64,000 bases of DNA, from positions 352,001 through 416,000 of the forward strand of contig CAWJKT010000004.1 of the NCBI GenBank assembly GCA_963843375.1, given 5' to 3'. This DNA comes from an uncultured Pseudomonadota bacterium. Lineage in GTDB: Bacteria > Oederibacteriota > Muellerivitia > Muellerivitales > Muellerivitaceae. Shown here in pieces: positions 30,639-38,600 of the stretch (position 1 is its first letter; each line of letters opens with the position of its first letter). Under the pieces are notes generated by a model. That model worked only from the letters and a program-made list of their open reading frames with translations. It had not been told where the DNA came from and did not search any database. Both the position numbers and the translations under genes were made by a program.

Positions 30639-30897
30639 AAGGATGCGGAGCTGTGCGAGGAACTGCCGGAAAGTCTACTTTCACTAATTGATTTATTTTG
30701 AATCCGCTTCCTACCTCAAAGATATTTCTTCATCTTGAATTTCTTGTTAACTTTATGTAACTTTTCACGGTTCTGCTTGGCAGCAGAATCATGAACCGGC
30801 CTGGAGTTTGGTTTTTTAGGTGCCGGTTTTATGTTGGTTTTTCTTTCTTGTCCTGTCCCCTGACGGAACAAGAAATAAAATTTTAAGGAGAGAAAGA

Positions 30898-31572
30898 ATG
30901 AAAAAGACTTTAGCCTTGGCCATGGGATTGGTGTTGACGGCTTCCGTTTCGTTTGCCGCCGATGCGCCATCCAGCAGTACCGCAGTCAGCAGCTCAGCGA
31001 CCAGTACTACGGCAGCCAGTTCAACGGCTACCAGCAGCACGACTTCCAGCGGTTCCGATAGCGGAAAAATGGTGATTCAGCTCCAAGGCGGGTTAACCAT
31101 CCCGACTAGCAGTGGTTTGGCGAATTTTACGACCGCCGGACCGAGTATTGAGGGCATGATCGGCTACGCTTTTTCCAAGGATTTCACCTTGGGCTTGGAG
31201 AGCGGTGTGGAAGAATGGGACACCCAGTCCAAGTATGGTGTGGGTGGGATCAACCATGTGCCCCTGGAATTGGTCGGCCAATATAACTTCGCGGGTGGTC
31301 CGGTGGTTCCTTACGTGGATTTGGGCGTCGGCTTGGCTTTCGACTGGTCCACTAATTTCATCTCCAGCCAAACGAATTTTGAATTGGATCCGGGAATCGG
31401 CGTCGCTTTCAACCTCGCCAAGGATTTCAACCTCTTTGTCCAAGGCAAATTGGCCATGGATTTCAACTCCACGGGTAAGGGTGGGGAAAGCATTGCCGCC
31501 CCCAACAGCGCTACGCCGGACAGCCCGCTCATGTCGATTCCTGTCCAGCTTGGCGTGAATTTTTTGCTTTAA
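30898..31572 (+). CDS. Outer-membrane beta-barrel protein (OmpA/OmpW-like 8-stranded) with Ser/Thr-rich N-terminus
   Basis: AAGGAG SD, signal peptide (SFA|A), alternating beta strands, PYVDLGVG and C-terminal QLGVNFLL. Confidence 0.8.
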   Translation: MKKTLALAMGLVLTASVSFAADAPSSSTAVSSSATSTTAASSTATSSTTSSGSDSGKMVIQLQGGLTIPTSSGLANFTTAGPSIEGMIGYAFSKDFTLGLESGVEEWDTQSKYGVGGINHVPLELVGQYNFAGGPVVPYVDLGVGLAFDWSTNFISSQTNFELDPGIGVAFNLAKDFNLFVQGKLAMDFNSTGKGGESIAAPNSATPDSPLMSIPVQLGVNFLL

Positions 31573-31591
31573 GCTGAAGTTTTTAGTCTTC

Positions 31592-31630
31592 AACCCCGTT
31601 TTCCTTTGGGAGGGCGGGGTTTTTTTATTT
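31592..31630 (+). terminator. Rho-independent terminator
   Basis: AACCCCGTTTTCC...GGAGGGCGGGGTT hairpin followed by a T-run. Confidence 0.75.
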
Positions 31631-31713
31631 TCGGGTGGTCAATCGGGCTTATCCCTAAAAATTGGTTTCTTGCCCGGGCCGGGACTTATCCATCATCCAT
31701 TGGAAGAAGAGTC

Positions 31714-33186
31714 TTAGTCGTTCCAGGGGCCCTTCCAAGTGTTTAGGTCACTGGTATTTGTTTTTTGATTGGCAATCAAAACCAGGTCCTCCCCGTATTT
31801 CACGGGATACCACTCCCTCAAAGCGGTCTTTAACTCATCCAGGTCCCCCCGATGGGCGACACATAAAACCAATTTGGGGGAATCGAAAATGGCCTTCAGG
31901 CCCTTGGGGTCGTTTAAAAAAGTTTCTGCGGCATGGTCGGAGAAAAATAAAAGGGAGTTGTTTAAGCCATAATAGTCCTCCCGAAGGGCGACCAGGGCGG
32001 CTCCCTCCCCGCAAAAGTTTTTCACATAAGGAGCCAGGATCCTCACGTCCTTTTCTCGGTCCTGGTTGAGCGGGATGGGCAGGGTGTTTAAAAGGACCAC
32101 CGTCAGGAGGCCGATTCCGGCCAGAACCTTTCCCAAGTTAACCTTGGTTCGTTCCCCCAAAAAACGATCCAGGGCCCAGGCCGCCACCAGGGCCAAGGCC
32201 GGGAAGGAAGGCATAATGTACCAAAGCACCCCGGTCTGCATGCAGCTCATCACGCCGATCACCGCCGTGATCCAAATGAGGATGAGAAGGATGTTTTCGT
32301 TCCTCCACCGGCCAGCCCGTAGCATGACGATCAAACCCAGGGCTTCCAGGGGAAGCCAGGGCCAGTCAAAAATCAGCAGGTCTTTTAGATAACTGAGATG
32401 GTGAAACCAGGGTTCACCCTTGTATTGAAACCCTCTTTGAAAGATCAGCCAGCCGAAATGGGTCTTCAAAAACGCCTGGCCGAAGGAAAGGTATTCGATC
32501 CCATACCAACTGCCTCCTACGATCGCCGCCTTCAGGCAACCCGCCAGGAAATAGCCCTTATGGATTTTTCTCCACTGGGAGGTTGCCAGGAGGAAAAGCA
32601 CCGAGATCAACAGCGGAAAAAGGCCCAGGACGCTTTTGGTCAGCACCGCCAAACCAATACAAAGGCCCCAGGGGATGAAATAGATGGGGTTTTTTCTCAG
32701 GGCCAGCAGAAGGCAATAAAGGGCCGTGACGAAAAAGAAGGTGAGAGTCACGTCTACCATGGCGTGACGGCCGTATTTAAAGAAGGGGTAAGTGGCCGTC
32801 AGGATGAAGGCGGCGTAGCGGCCTACCCAGGGGTTGAATAGAAAACGGGCCAGAGAATAAAGCAGGCACACGTTCAGCGTGGCCATGAGGGCGGAAGGAA
32901 ATTTGGCGGCGTAAACCCCCACCCCGAAAATTTTATAGGAGATGGCGGCCAGCCACATATAAAGAGGGGGATTTTCAAAAGCCGGGTTGTGGTCGAAGGT
33001 CAAGATCCACCATTGTTGGTTCTGGAGGATTTCCTTTGCTTTTTCCGCGTAAAAACAATCGTCATAATTGGCCATTCCGCCCGAACCGAGGCGGGTAAAG
33101 AAAACCGTGAGGGAAAAAAGGAACAGGATGCCGAAATATAGGCGATCTTCAAAAGAAGGAGGATGGGAGTCGGGGATTTTGTCCAA
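31714..33186 (-). CDS. ArnT-like (GT-C) membrane glycosyltransferase
   Basis: YDDCFYAE..KE, FENPPLY.W, KFPSAL, HAMVD, LTKS..G, WPWLP and YIMPSFP motifs. Confidence 0.85.
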   Translation of the reverse strand: MDKIPDSHPPSFEDRLYFGILFLFSLTVFFTRLGSGGMANYDDCFYAEKAKEILQNQQWWILTFDHNPAFENPPLYMWLAAISYKIFGVGVYAAKFPSALMATLNVCLLYSLARFLFNPWVGRYAAFILTATYPFFKYGRHAMVDVTLTFFFVTALYCLLLALRKNPIYFIPWGLCIGLAVLTKSVLGLFPLLISVLFLLATSQWRKIHKGYFLAGCLKAAIVGGSWYGIEYLSFGQAFLKTHFGWLIFQRGFQYKGEPWFHHLSYLKDLLIFDWPWLPLEALGLIVMLRAGRWRNENILLILIWITAVIGVMSCMQTGVLWYIMPSFPALALVAAWALDRFLGERTKVNLGKVLAGIGLLTVVLLNTLPIPLNQDREKDVRILAPYVKNFCGEGAALVALREDYYGLNNSLLFFSDHAAETFLNDPKGLKAIFDSPKLVLCVAHRGDLDELKTALREWYPVKYGEDLVLIANQKTNTSDLNTWKGPWND

Positions 33187-33481
33187 AGGGATTGCCTTTT
33201 ATCACCTGGAACTTTGTAAGCTTGTTTGATCCAGGGTCGTATCATAAACACGACACTTTCATCTTTCAATTCCGTCATCAATAATATGATCCGGAAAGCA
33301 CAATAGAGAATGAAACGGGTTCTCTCTCAACATTAGCAAAACCGCTTCGTCTATTTGAGATTATTGAACAAACCCTCTCCCTTTCTTCCCTGTATCTATT
33401 TCCCTCAATTAGGCAGACTATAGTCCTCACGCTTATCCCTATCAGCTAAGCCGAACCGCCCAAAGGGGGGCAAGTTTAAAA

Positions 33482-33781
33482 ATGAACCGTAAAGTAAAAG
33501 TCCGCCTTAAATGGCTGGAACGCAAGAATCCCGGCAGTTATATCAACGGCATCCCAGTGCGTTTCTTGGATGAGGGAGAGAATTGGAAATACCGTGATAT
33601 GTGGGCCCTGGTGGTCATGATTGAGGGACAGCCCAATAAGAATAGGGAGCAGTACGGTAAGGCCTGGTATTTTTCGGACAAAGCTCCCCGTGAAGAATTA
33701 ACTGTCGGTAGGCGTTTTGTTGTCTTGGAAGGGGCCCATGAAACGGCTATTGGCGTTATTGAGGAAATCCTTTCCTCGTGA
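33482..33781 (+). CDS. Hypothetical protein with a C-terminus resembling EF-Tu domain III-like beta-barrels
   Basis: 99-aa ORF ending L.VG.RF.V.EG..ETAIGVIEEI. Confidence 0.5.
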   Translation: MNRKVKVRLKWLERKNPGSYINGIPVRFLDEGENWKYRDMWALVVMIEGQPNKNREQYGKAWYFSDKAPREELTVGRRFVVLEGAHETAIGVIEEILSS

Positions 33782-33876
33782 ATAACAACGATAAAGTGAA
33801 AGTTTTCCCAAGGTCGGGGCAGGAAGGCCGGAGATGAAAGACCCGGGGCGATTTACAAATTGAGAGAGGGAATACT

Positions 33877-34125
33877 TTGAACCTTAATAACAGGGCGGTT
33901 GAATCCAAAGCCGATTTTATTTTCTTTTTGACGGAACTTTCGAAGAATCATAAAAATTTCCCTGACGAATGGGAGGCTAAAAAATTGGGCGCTTTTTTCG
34001 AGGCGATGGCCGGGTGGCTGAGGGAAATGGAAGGACGCACTCAAAACAATTCCCTGCAAGAACCTTCGGAGATCAATTGGAGTTTTATAGCCAACATGTT
34101 CTTGGCGGCTAAGATTTACGAGTAA
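33877..34125 (+). CDS. Small hypothetical protein resembling orphan immunity-like proteins
   Basis: 82 aa with a W...L..FFEAM.GW ... W...A...LAAKIYE pattern; GAGGG SD. Confidence 0.55.
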   Translation: MNLNNRAVESKADFIFFLTELSKNHKNFPDEWEAKKLGAFFEAMAGWLREMEGRTQNNSLQEPSEINWSFIANMFLAAKIYE

Positions 34126-34317
34126 AGAATTTTTCCGTTTCCTGCCGTCTTTTGGTTTCCCCTCCCGGTTCTCCGAAGTTAGCCGGCAAAAGATTTCTAG
34201 AGAAAATAAGGCTTTTCGTATTCTCAAAATTCGGAGGCCATCTTTACACCTCCCCTTTTTAGGGGTAGATTTTTTTATCACCTAAAAAGCGGGCCGTCCT
34301 TCGGGCCTGCAAGGCTT

Positions 34318-35199
34318 ATGCCTCGGAGGCATTACATGAAAATGATCTTTTTTCTGGTTTTAGCGGTTTGTTCCATCCTCGAAGCAGGGCCGCCCGCGAT
34401 GGCCCAAACGGCAGGTCAGGTTAAAGCGCCGTCAGCCAGATCTTCCCCTTCCGCCACCTTCCTTTTTGTTAAAGGTGTTGTTACGGTCCGCGATGTTCAG
34501 GGTAAAACCCGGACGGCCTCCAAGGGTACCACCGCTTTTGAGGAGGAAAGAGTTTCCGTCGCTAAAGAAAGCCAGGCCACTCTCCGGCTTTTTGACGGGT
34601 CCACACTGGACCTGTCTTCCAAGAGCCAATTGGTTCTCCAAAAGCTCCGACAGCCTTCCGAAAAAGTAAAGAATATCGAATTTCAATTGGCCTTCGGGGC
34701 GATACTGGCTAAGGTTAAAAAACTCTTATCCTCCCAATCCAGCTTTGAAGTGAAAGCCGGAGGGGTGGTTTGCGGTGTTCGAGGGACCGAATTCGCTTTT
34801 TCCTATGATCCGGACAAGGACTGGATCACGTTGAAAGTCCACGAAGGAACCGTTTACGTTAATTCAGCCGGGAAAACCAGCTTTTACCACGCCGGGGAAA
34901 ATCTGGAACTCCTCCATGGGCTTCCGGCTCCGGAAAGCACTGGCGCCAGCGTGAAAAACACCTTGGGTGCGGCCCTCCCTCAGTTGAATAACAGCCTAAA
35001 CACAAGTGGAAGCTTGGGTGGCGGACTTTCGAGCGGATTGGGAATCGGGGCGGCTTTGACCGACCTGAATACCCAATTCACTGCAGGAATACTAGTGAAC
35101 CAACAAAATACACTCAGCAAAACCTCGGCCAACCCGGCGGCCCCGGCAGCAAAATCTTCAAACCCCTTGAGCGGTTTGCCCGTGGTGACGATACCTTGA
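34318..35199 (+). CDS. Secreted FecR-domain protein
   Basis: Signal peptide; A.L...DGS.L.L...S and GVRGTEF...V.EGTV motifs; low-complexity tail. The start may be ATG 34336. Confidence 0.8.
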   Translation: MPRRHYMKMIFFLVLAVCSILEAGPPAMAQTAGQVKAPSARSSPSATFLFVKGVVTVRDVQGKTRTASKGTTAFEEERVSVAKESQATLRLFDGSTLDLSSKSQLVLQKLRQPSEKVKNIEFQLAFGAILAKVKKLLSSQSSFEVKAGGVVCGVRGTEFAFSYDPDKDWITLKVHEGTVYVNSAGKTSFYHAGENLELLHGLPAPESTGASVKNTLGAALPQLNNSLNTSGSLGGGLSSGLGIGAALTDLNTQFTAGILVNQQNTLSKTSANPAAPAAKSSNPLSGLPVVTIP

Positions 35200-35390
35200 G
35201 CGAGGAAGGCTGAATTTCCAAAGGCCCTTTTTCTTTAGGCTAGATCAGAAAAGCAGAAAGTTAAACCGTTGCCTTCCGGAGCTAATATTCCATTTTTGGG
35301 GGGCCGATGCCGCCCACCAAGGATGGTTGCTAAATCCCCCGGAATTTAGGTATCGTTGAGAAGTCTGAAATTCGAATACAGGAGGTTTTT

Positions 35391-35573
35391 ATGTTCCGGA
35401 AAAAGAGAACAGCGATCCTCACCGTTTGGCTACTTTTGTTCGTCATGAGTTACTTGAATCTATCCTGTGTTGCCCCATATTATTACGACCATGGTCATAG
35501 GTATTGGCGGGACGGCCATGACGATAATTGGCACCGGCAACACGGCGACCATTGGGATGAATACCATCCCTGA
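35391..35573 (+). CDS. Small His/Asp/Trp-rich putative lipoprotein
   Basis: Strong AGGAGG SD, signal peptide ending LSC, mature part VAPYYYDHGHRYWRDGHDDNWHRQHGDHWDEYHP. Confidence 0.6.
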   Translation: MFRKKRTAILTVWLLLFVMSYLNLSCVAPYYYDHGHRYWRDGHDDNWHRQHGDHWDEYHP

Positions 35574-35685
35574 CATGGCTGCGGGAAAGAACATCAAGAT
35601 CGGGGCTGATATTTAGGGCACCTGCTGTTGACACTGCATTCAAAAGGCAAGACTAAATTATTCAATTGACTTCAAACGCCTCGCC

Positions 35686-35720
35686 AAAGGGAGTTATTCA
35701 CTTAACTCCCTTTTTCTTTT
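35686..35720 (+). terminator. Rho-independent terminator
   Basis: AAAGGGAGTTA-TTCACT-TAACTCCCTTT hairpin followed by TTCTTTT. Confidence 0.65.
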
Positions 35721-35858
35721 GAGGGACAGATTTCGATGGATAAGGCCATACTGGCCGATTCGCCCAAAGGGTCTATAGGCTTGCCAGGAACTCGCCTTTG
35801 ATTTATCTTGCCTCGATCCAAGTCGTTAGTTTTTAAATATTTTTCAAGGAGAAGCTTC

Positions 35859-36431
35859 ATGAAACGAGTGTTTGTCATTGCGGCATCGCTGGTGTTTTGT
35901 CTAGCCGGTCGGCTGGGAGCCCAAAGCGCCGGAACCCGGGCCATCATCAAACTGGCCAAGGGCGGCGAGATCGTCATTAAGTTTTATCCCCAAGACGCGC
36001 CCTTGAGTGTGGCGAATTTCATCAAGTTGGCTAAGAAAGGCTTCTATGACGGGCTGACCTTTCACCGCGTGGTCCCGGGTTTCGTGGCGCAGGGTGGGGA
36101 TCCGAACGGCGACGGCAGTGGCGGCCCCGGATACACCATCAAGGGCGAGTTCACCGAAAACGGCGTCAACAACACCCAGACCCACGTGAAGGGCGCTGTG
36201 GCCATGGCGCGCACAAACGATCCGGATTCAGCGGGAAGCCAGTTCTACATCTGCCTGGACGCCCAACCATCCCTTGACGGAAAGTACGCTGTGTTCGGCC
36301 AGGTGGTGAAGGGGATGGATCTCGTGGATCAGATTCAGGTCGGTGATAAGATGGAAAAGGTCAGCATCGTCGGAGGGGCCTCGAAAAAACCGGCGTCCAC
36401 TCCCACTACGGTATCCACGCCGACCAATTGA
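35859..36431 (+). CDS. Periplasmic cyclophilin-type peptidyl-prolyl isomerase
   Basis: FYDGLTFHRVVPGFVAQGGDP, AMAR and SAGSQFYI..LDGKYAVFG motifs; signal peptide; AAGGAG SD before ATG 35859. Confidence 0.95.
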   Translation: MKRVFVIAASLVFCLAGRLGAQSAGTRAIIKLAKGGEIVIKFYPQDAPLSVANFIKLAKKGFYDGLTFHRVVPGFVAQGGDPNGDGSGGPGYTIKGEFTENGVNNTQTHVKGAVAMARTNDPDSAGSQFYICLDAQPSLDGKYAVFGQVVKGMDLVDQIQVGDKMEKVSIVGGASKKPASTPTTVSTPTN

Positions 36432-36459
36432 AAACTTAGAGATAACTTTTGAGCAAAAA

Positions 36460-36490
36460 TAAAAGCCACCGGAATTCCCGGTGGCTTTTT
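36460..36490. terminator. Bidirectional terminator between convergent genes
   Basis: AAAAGCCACCGG-AATTC-CCGGTGGCTTTT. Confidence 0.8.
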
Positions 36491-36516
36491 AACAGGATGA
36501 TTAAGACTTTTTAAAA

Positions 36517-36828
36517 TTATTCCTGTTCGCAAATCCGGAGTTGGTCCAACGCAGCGTTGATAGCCTGGATCGCGCCCGCCTTATGGCCGTGGAAATCATT
36601 ACGAGCTTGCCAAAGAGTATGTTTGGCGTTCCGAAGCTCTTGGGCGGCCCTCCAAATCTTTGGGTGATGGTGCCCCATCCCTCCGTTGAAATCATAATGG
36701 GCTTGGTCATCGCCCCCGAGATCGACGTTCATGTTTAAACCATCGGCCTTTACCACCATAGGCAAGGCCATCAAACCGAAAATTCCGGCCGCCAAAGCCG
36801 CCTTACGCAAATAACTTTTCATCTCCAT
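36517..36828 (-). CDS. Small secreted helical protein
   Basis: GGAGG SD, signal peptide (VKA|D) and HP.I..A...L..A...L..A.NDF.GH...AI..I..A...L pattern. Confidence 0.65.
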   Translation of the reverse strand: MEMKSYLRKAALAAGIFGLMALPMVVKADGLNMNVDLGGDDQAHYDFNGGMGHHHPKIWRAAQELRNAKHTLWQARNDFHGHKAGAIQAINAALDQLRICEQE

Positions 36829-37049
36829 AAAAAATCCTCCTGTATTTATTTCACTTTTTCGGTTGGAAAAAATCCTCCCAACCGGTTCATTATTAAACCC
36901 TAATTGACCATTCAATCCTAGAGACTGAACAAACTTAAATGGGAGGAAAAAACTCCAAGAGAATGGTTTTAGGGGCTCTCAAATTGATAAAATACCTGAA
37001 ATTTTTCGTGGTATAAAAGATTCAAATAAGGCCGATCGGGAAGGAAGCC

Positions 37050-37511
37050 GTGAATCAAAGTGTCTTAAAATGGTATGGGGTTGTCCTGATATCTCTTCCT
37101 TTTTCATTTTGCCCTTTAAACGCTCAAATCAACCCTACCCCAACCGCCTTTATGGCAACCCAATTGGGCACCGACCCCATCGAATTTTTGAAAGAAAGTA
37201 AATGCATGTTTAGGGAGAAGGGTTATTCCATTTATAGTGTTGGGTATATCGTTCGGAATTACGTTTCCGTGGGGAGGATTAAAAATCTTAGTTGGGCCAA
37301 AACACCCATCGGAACGCCCCCCAAAAGCTGGGTCGTTACCCTTTCCTATTTTGATACTCAAGAAGGTAAGAACCGGAAGGTCCGTTGGAATTTCGAGGCG
37401 GGCCAAAAGGCGGTTATCTGGGGGGATTCTGAAAATGATTTTTTAAGCTGCGTCCCGGGCGAAAAATACACCCATTGGCCGGGAGCCAATCAAATGGATA
37501 TTATCGAATAA
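37050..37511 (+). CDS. Secreted hypothetical protein
   Basis: Signal-peptide-like N-terminus (LNA|Q) followed by PTPT; 153 aa. Confidence 0.5.
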   Translation: MNQSVLKWYGVVLISLPFSFCPLNAQINPTPTAFMATQLGTDPIEFLKESKCMFREKGYSIYSVGYIVRNYVSVGRIKNLSWAKTPIGTPPKSWVVTLSYFDTQEGKNRKVRWNFEAGQKAVIWGDSENDFLSCVPGEKYTHWPGANQMDIIE

Positions 37512-37665
37512 TTAAAATCCACCTGCGCCTTTCGGCTTTAGTCAGAGTTTCAGGGGCCTTTTGATGGACACCGGGTGGACCCGTTATTACAATGACGACG
37601 CTGTGAAGTTTTGAACAATTTCAAAGGTTGTTGACGTGAAAAACCATTTCTTGAGCGAGGAAAAG

Positions 37666-38343
37666 ATGAAAAATATTTTGAAAGCTTCCCTAATGGCGGT
37701 ACTGGTTTGGGGGTTGGACGCGGGATTTTCCTGGGGTGAACAATTTGAAGGGGAAGTGGATTATAACGTCACCTTGAGCGACGGGACGCAATCAACGATG
37801 AATTATTTTTTAAAAGACAAAAAAGCCCGCTTGGAAATGACCATGAAAGGCCATCACGTTGTCGATGTCATGGATTTGAAGGGCAAGAAAATTTATATGT
37901 TGATGCCGGAGCAAAAGATGTACATGACGTCGGATATTCCTGACACCAGCTCGAACCAGGCAAAGGCCGGGGGCAAGCTGACCAAGACGGACAACACCAA
38001 GACTATCCTGGGTAAAACAGCGACTGAGTATGATTATGTTTCCGAAAAGGGTTCCATGTCCTCTATCTGGGGGGCTTCGGGCATGGGTTTTTTCCTGATG
38101 GGGAAGGGGCCTGGCAGCTCCGGGGGAGAAGCGGCCTGGGCCCAGGCGGCGAAGCAGAGTGGCCTTTTTCCTCTGGAAGTGGATTCGAAAACCAGCAAGG
38201 GTAGCATGTCGATGGTGGCCACCAAGATCGACGAGAAAACCTTGGACGATTCCCTCTTCACTGTTCCAGCGGACTACAAGGACATGAAGGCCATGATGCA
38301 GGGAATGGGCGGTATGCCGGGAATGCACGTCCCCGGGATGTAA
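37666..38343 (+). CDS. DUF4412-like periplasmic protein (LolA-like fold)
   Basis: Signal peptide, FEG, LMPEQKMYM, TILG...EY and SLFTVPADYK motifs; Met/Gly tail. Confidence 0.75.
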   Translation: MKNILKASLMAVLVWGLDAGFSWGEQFEGEVDYNVTLSDGTQSTMNYFLKDKKARLEMTMKGHHVVDVMDLKGKKIYMLMPEQKMYMTSDIPDTSSNQAKAGGKLTKTDNTKTILGKTATEYDYVSEKGSMSSIWGASGMGFFLMGKGPGSSGGEAAWAQAAKQSGLFPLEVDSKTSKGSMSMVATKIDEKTLDDSLFTVPADYKDMKAMMQGMGGMPGMHVPGM

Positions 38344-38384
38344 TTCAATCTAAACTTTGAGGGCGACCCACGCCTGAAATTTAC

Positions 38385-38421
38385 AAGGTACTGAAAAGAT
38401 ATTTTTCAGTACCTTTTTTTT
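38385..38421 (+). terminator. Rho-independent terminator
   Basis: AAGGTACTGAAAA...TTTTCAGTACCTT hairpin followed by a T-run. Confidence 0.75.
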
Positions 38422-38600
38422 AATCCCGCCGAAAAAGATTCTTAGAGCCGGATTGCTTTTGTTGGATCATTTTATTTTGATTCCAACACGCCCCAAAAAA
38501 GCGTCTCGACATGTGATTTCCGCGAAAAGCGCTTCCAGCCTCCTACATCCCTGAAGGGAGGCGGTTTTATCGACCCTATTTTGTTCACCATCTAGTTGAA

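Noticed and set aside
33782..33876. Possible integron attC site between the small orphan genes
   Set aside because: There is no matching RYYYAAC / GTTRRRY pair and no extended palindrome.
35628..35720. Separate small RNA driven by TTGACA and ending at the terminator
   Set aside because: There is no good -10 box at the right spacing. The hairpin is more simply the terminator of the upstream lipoprotein gene.
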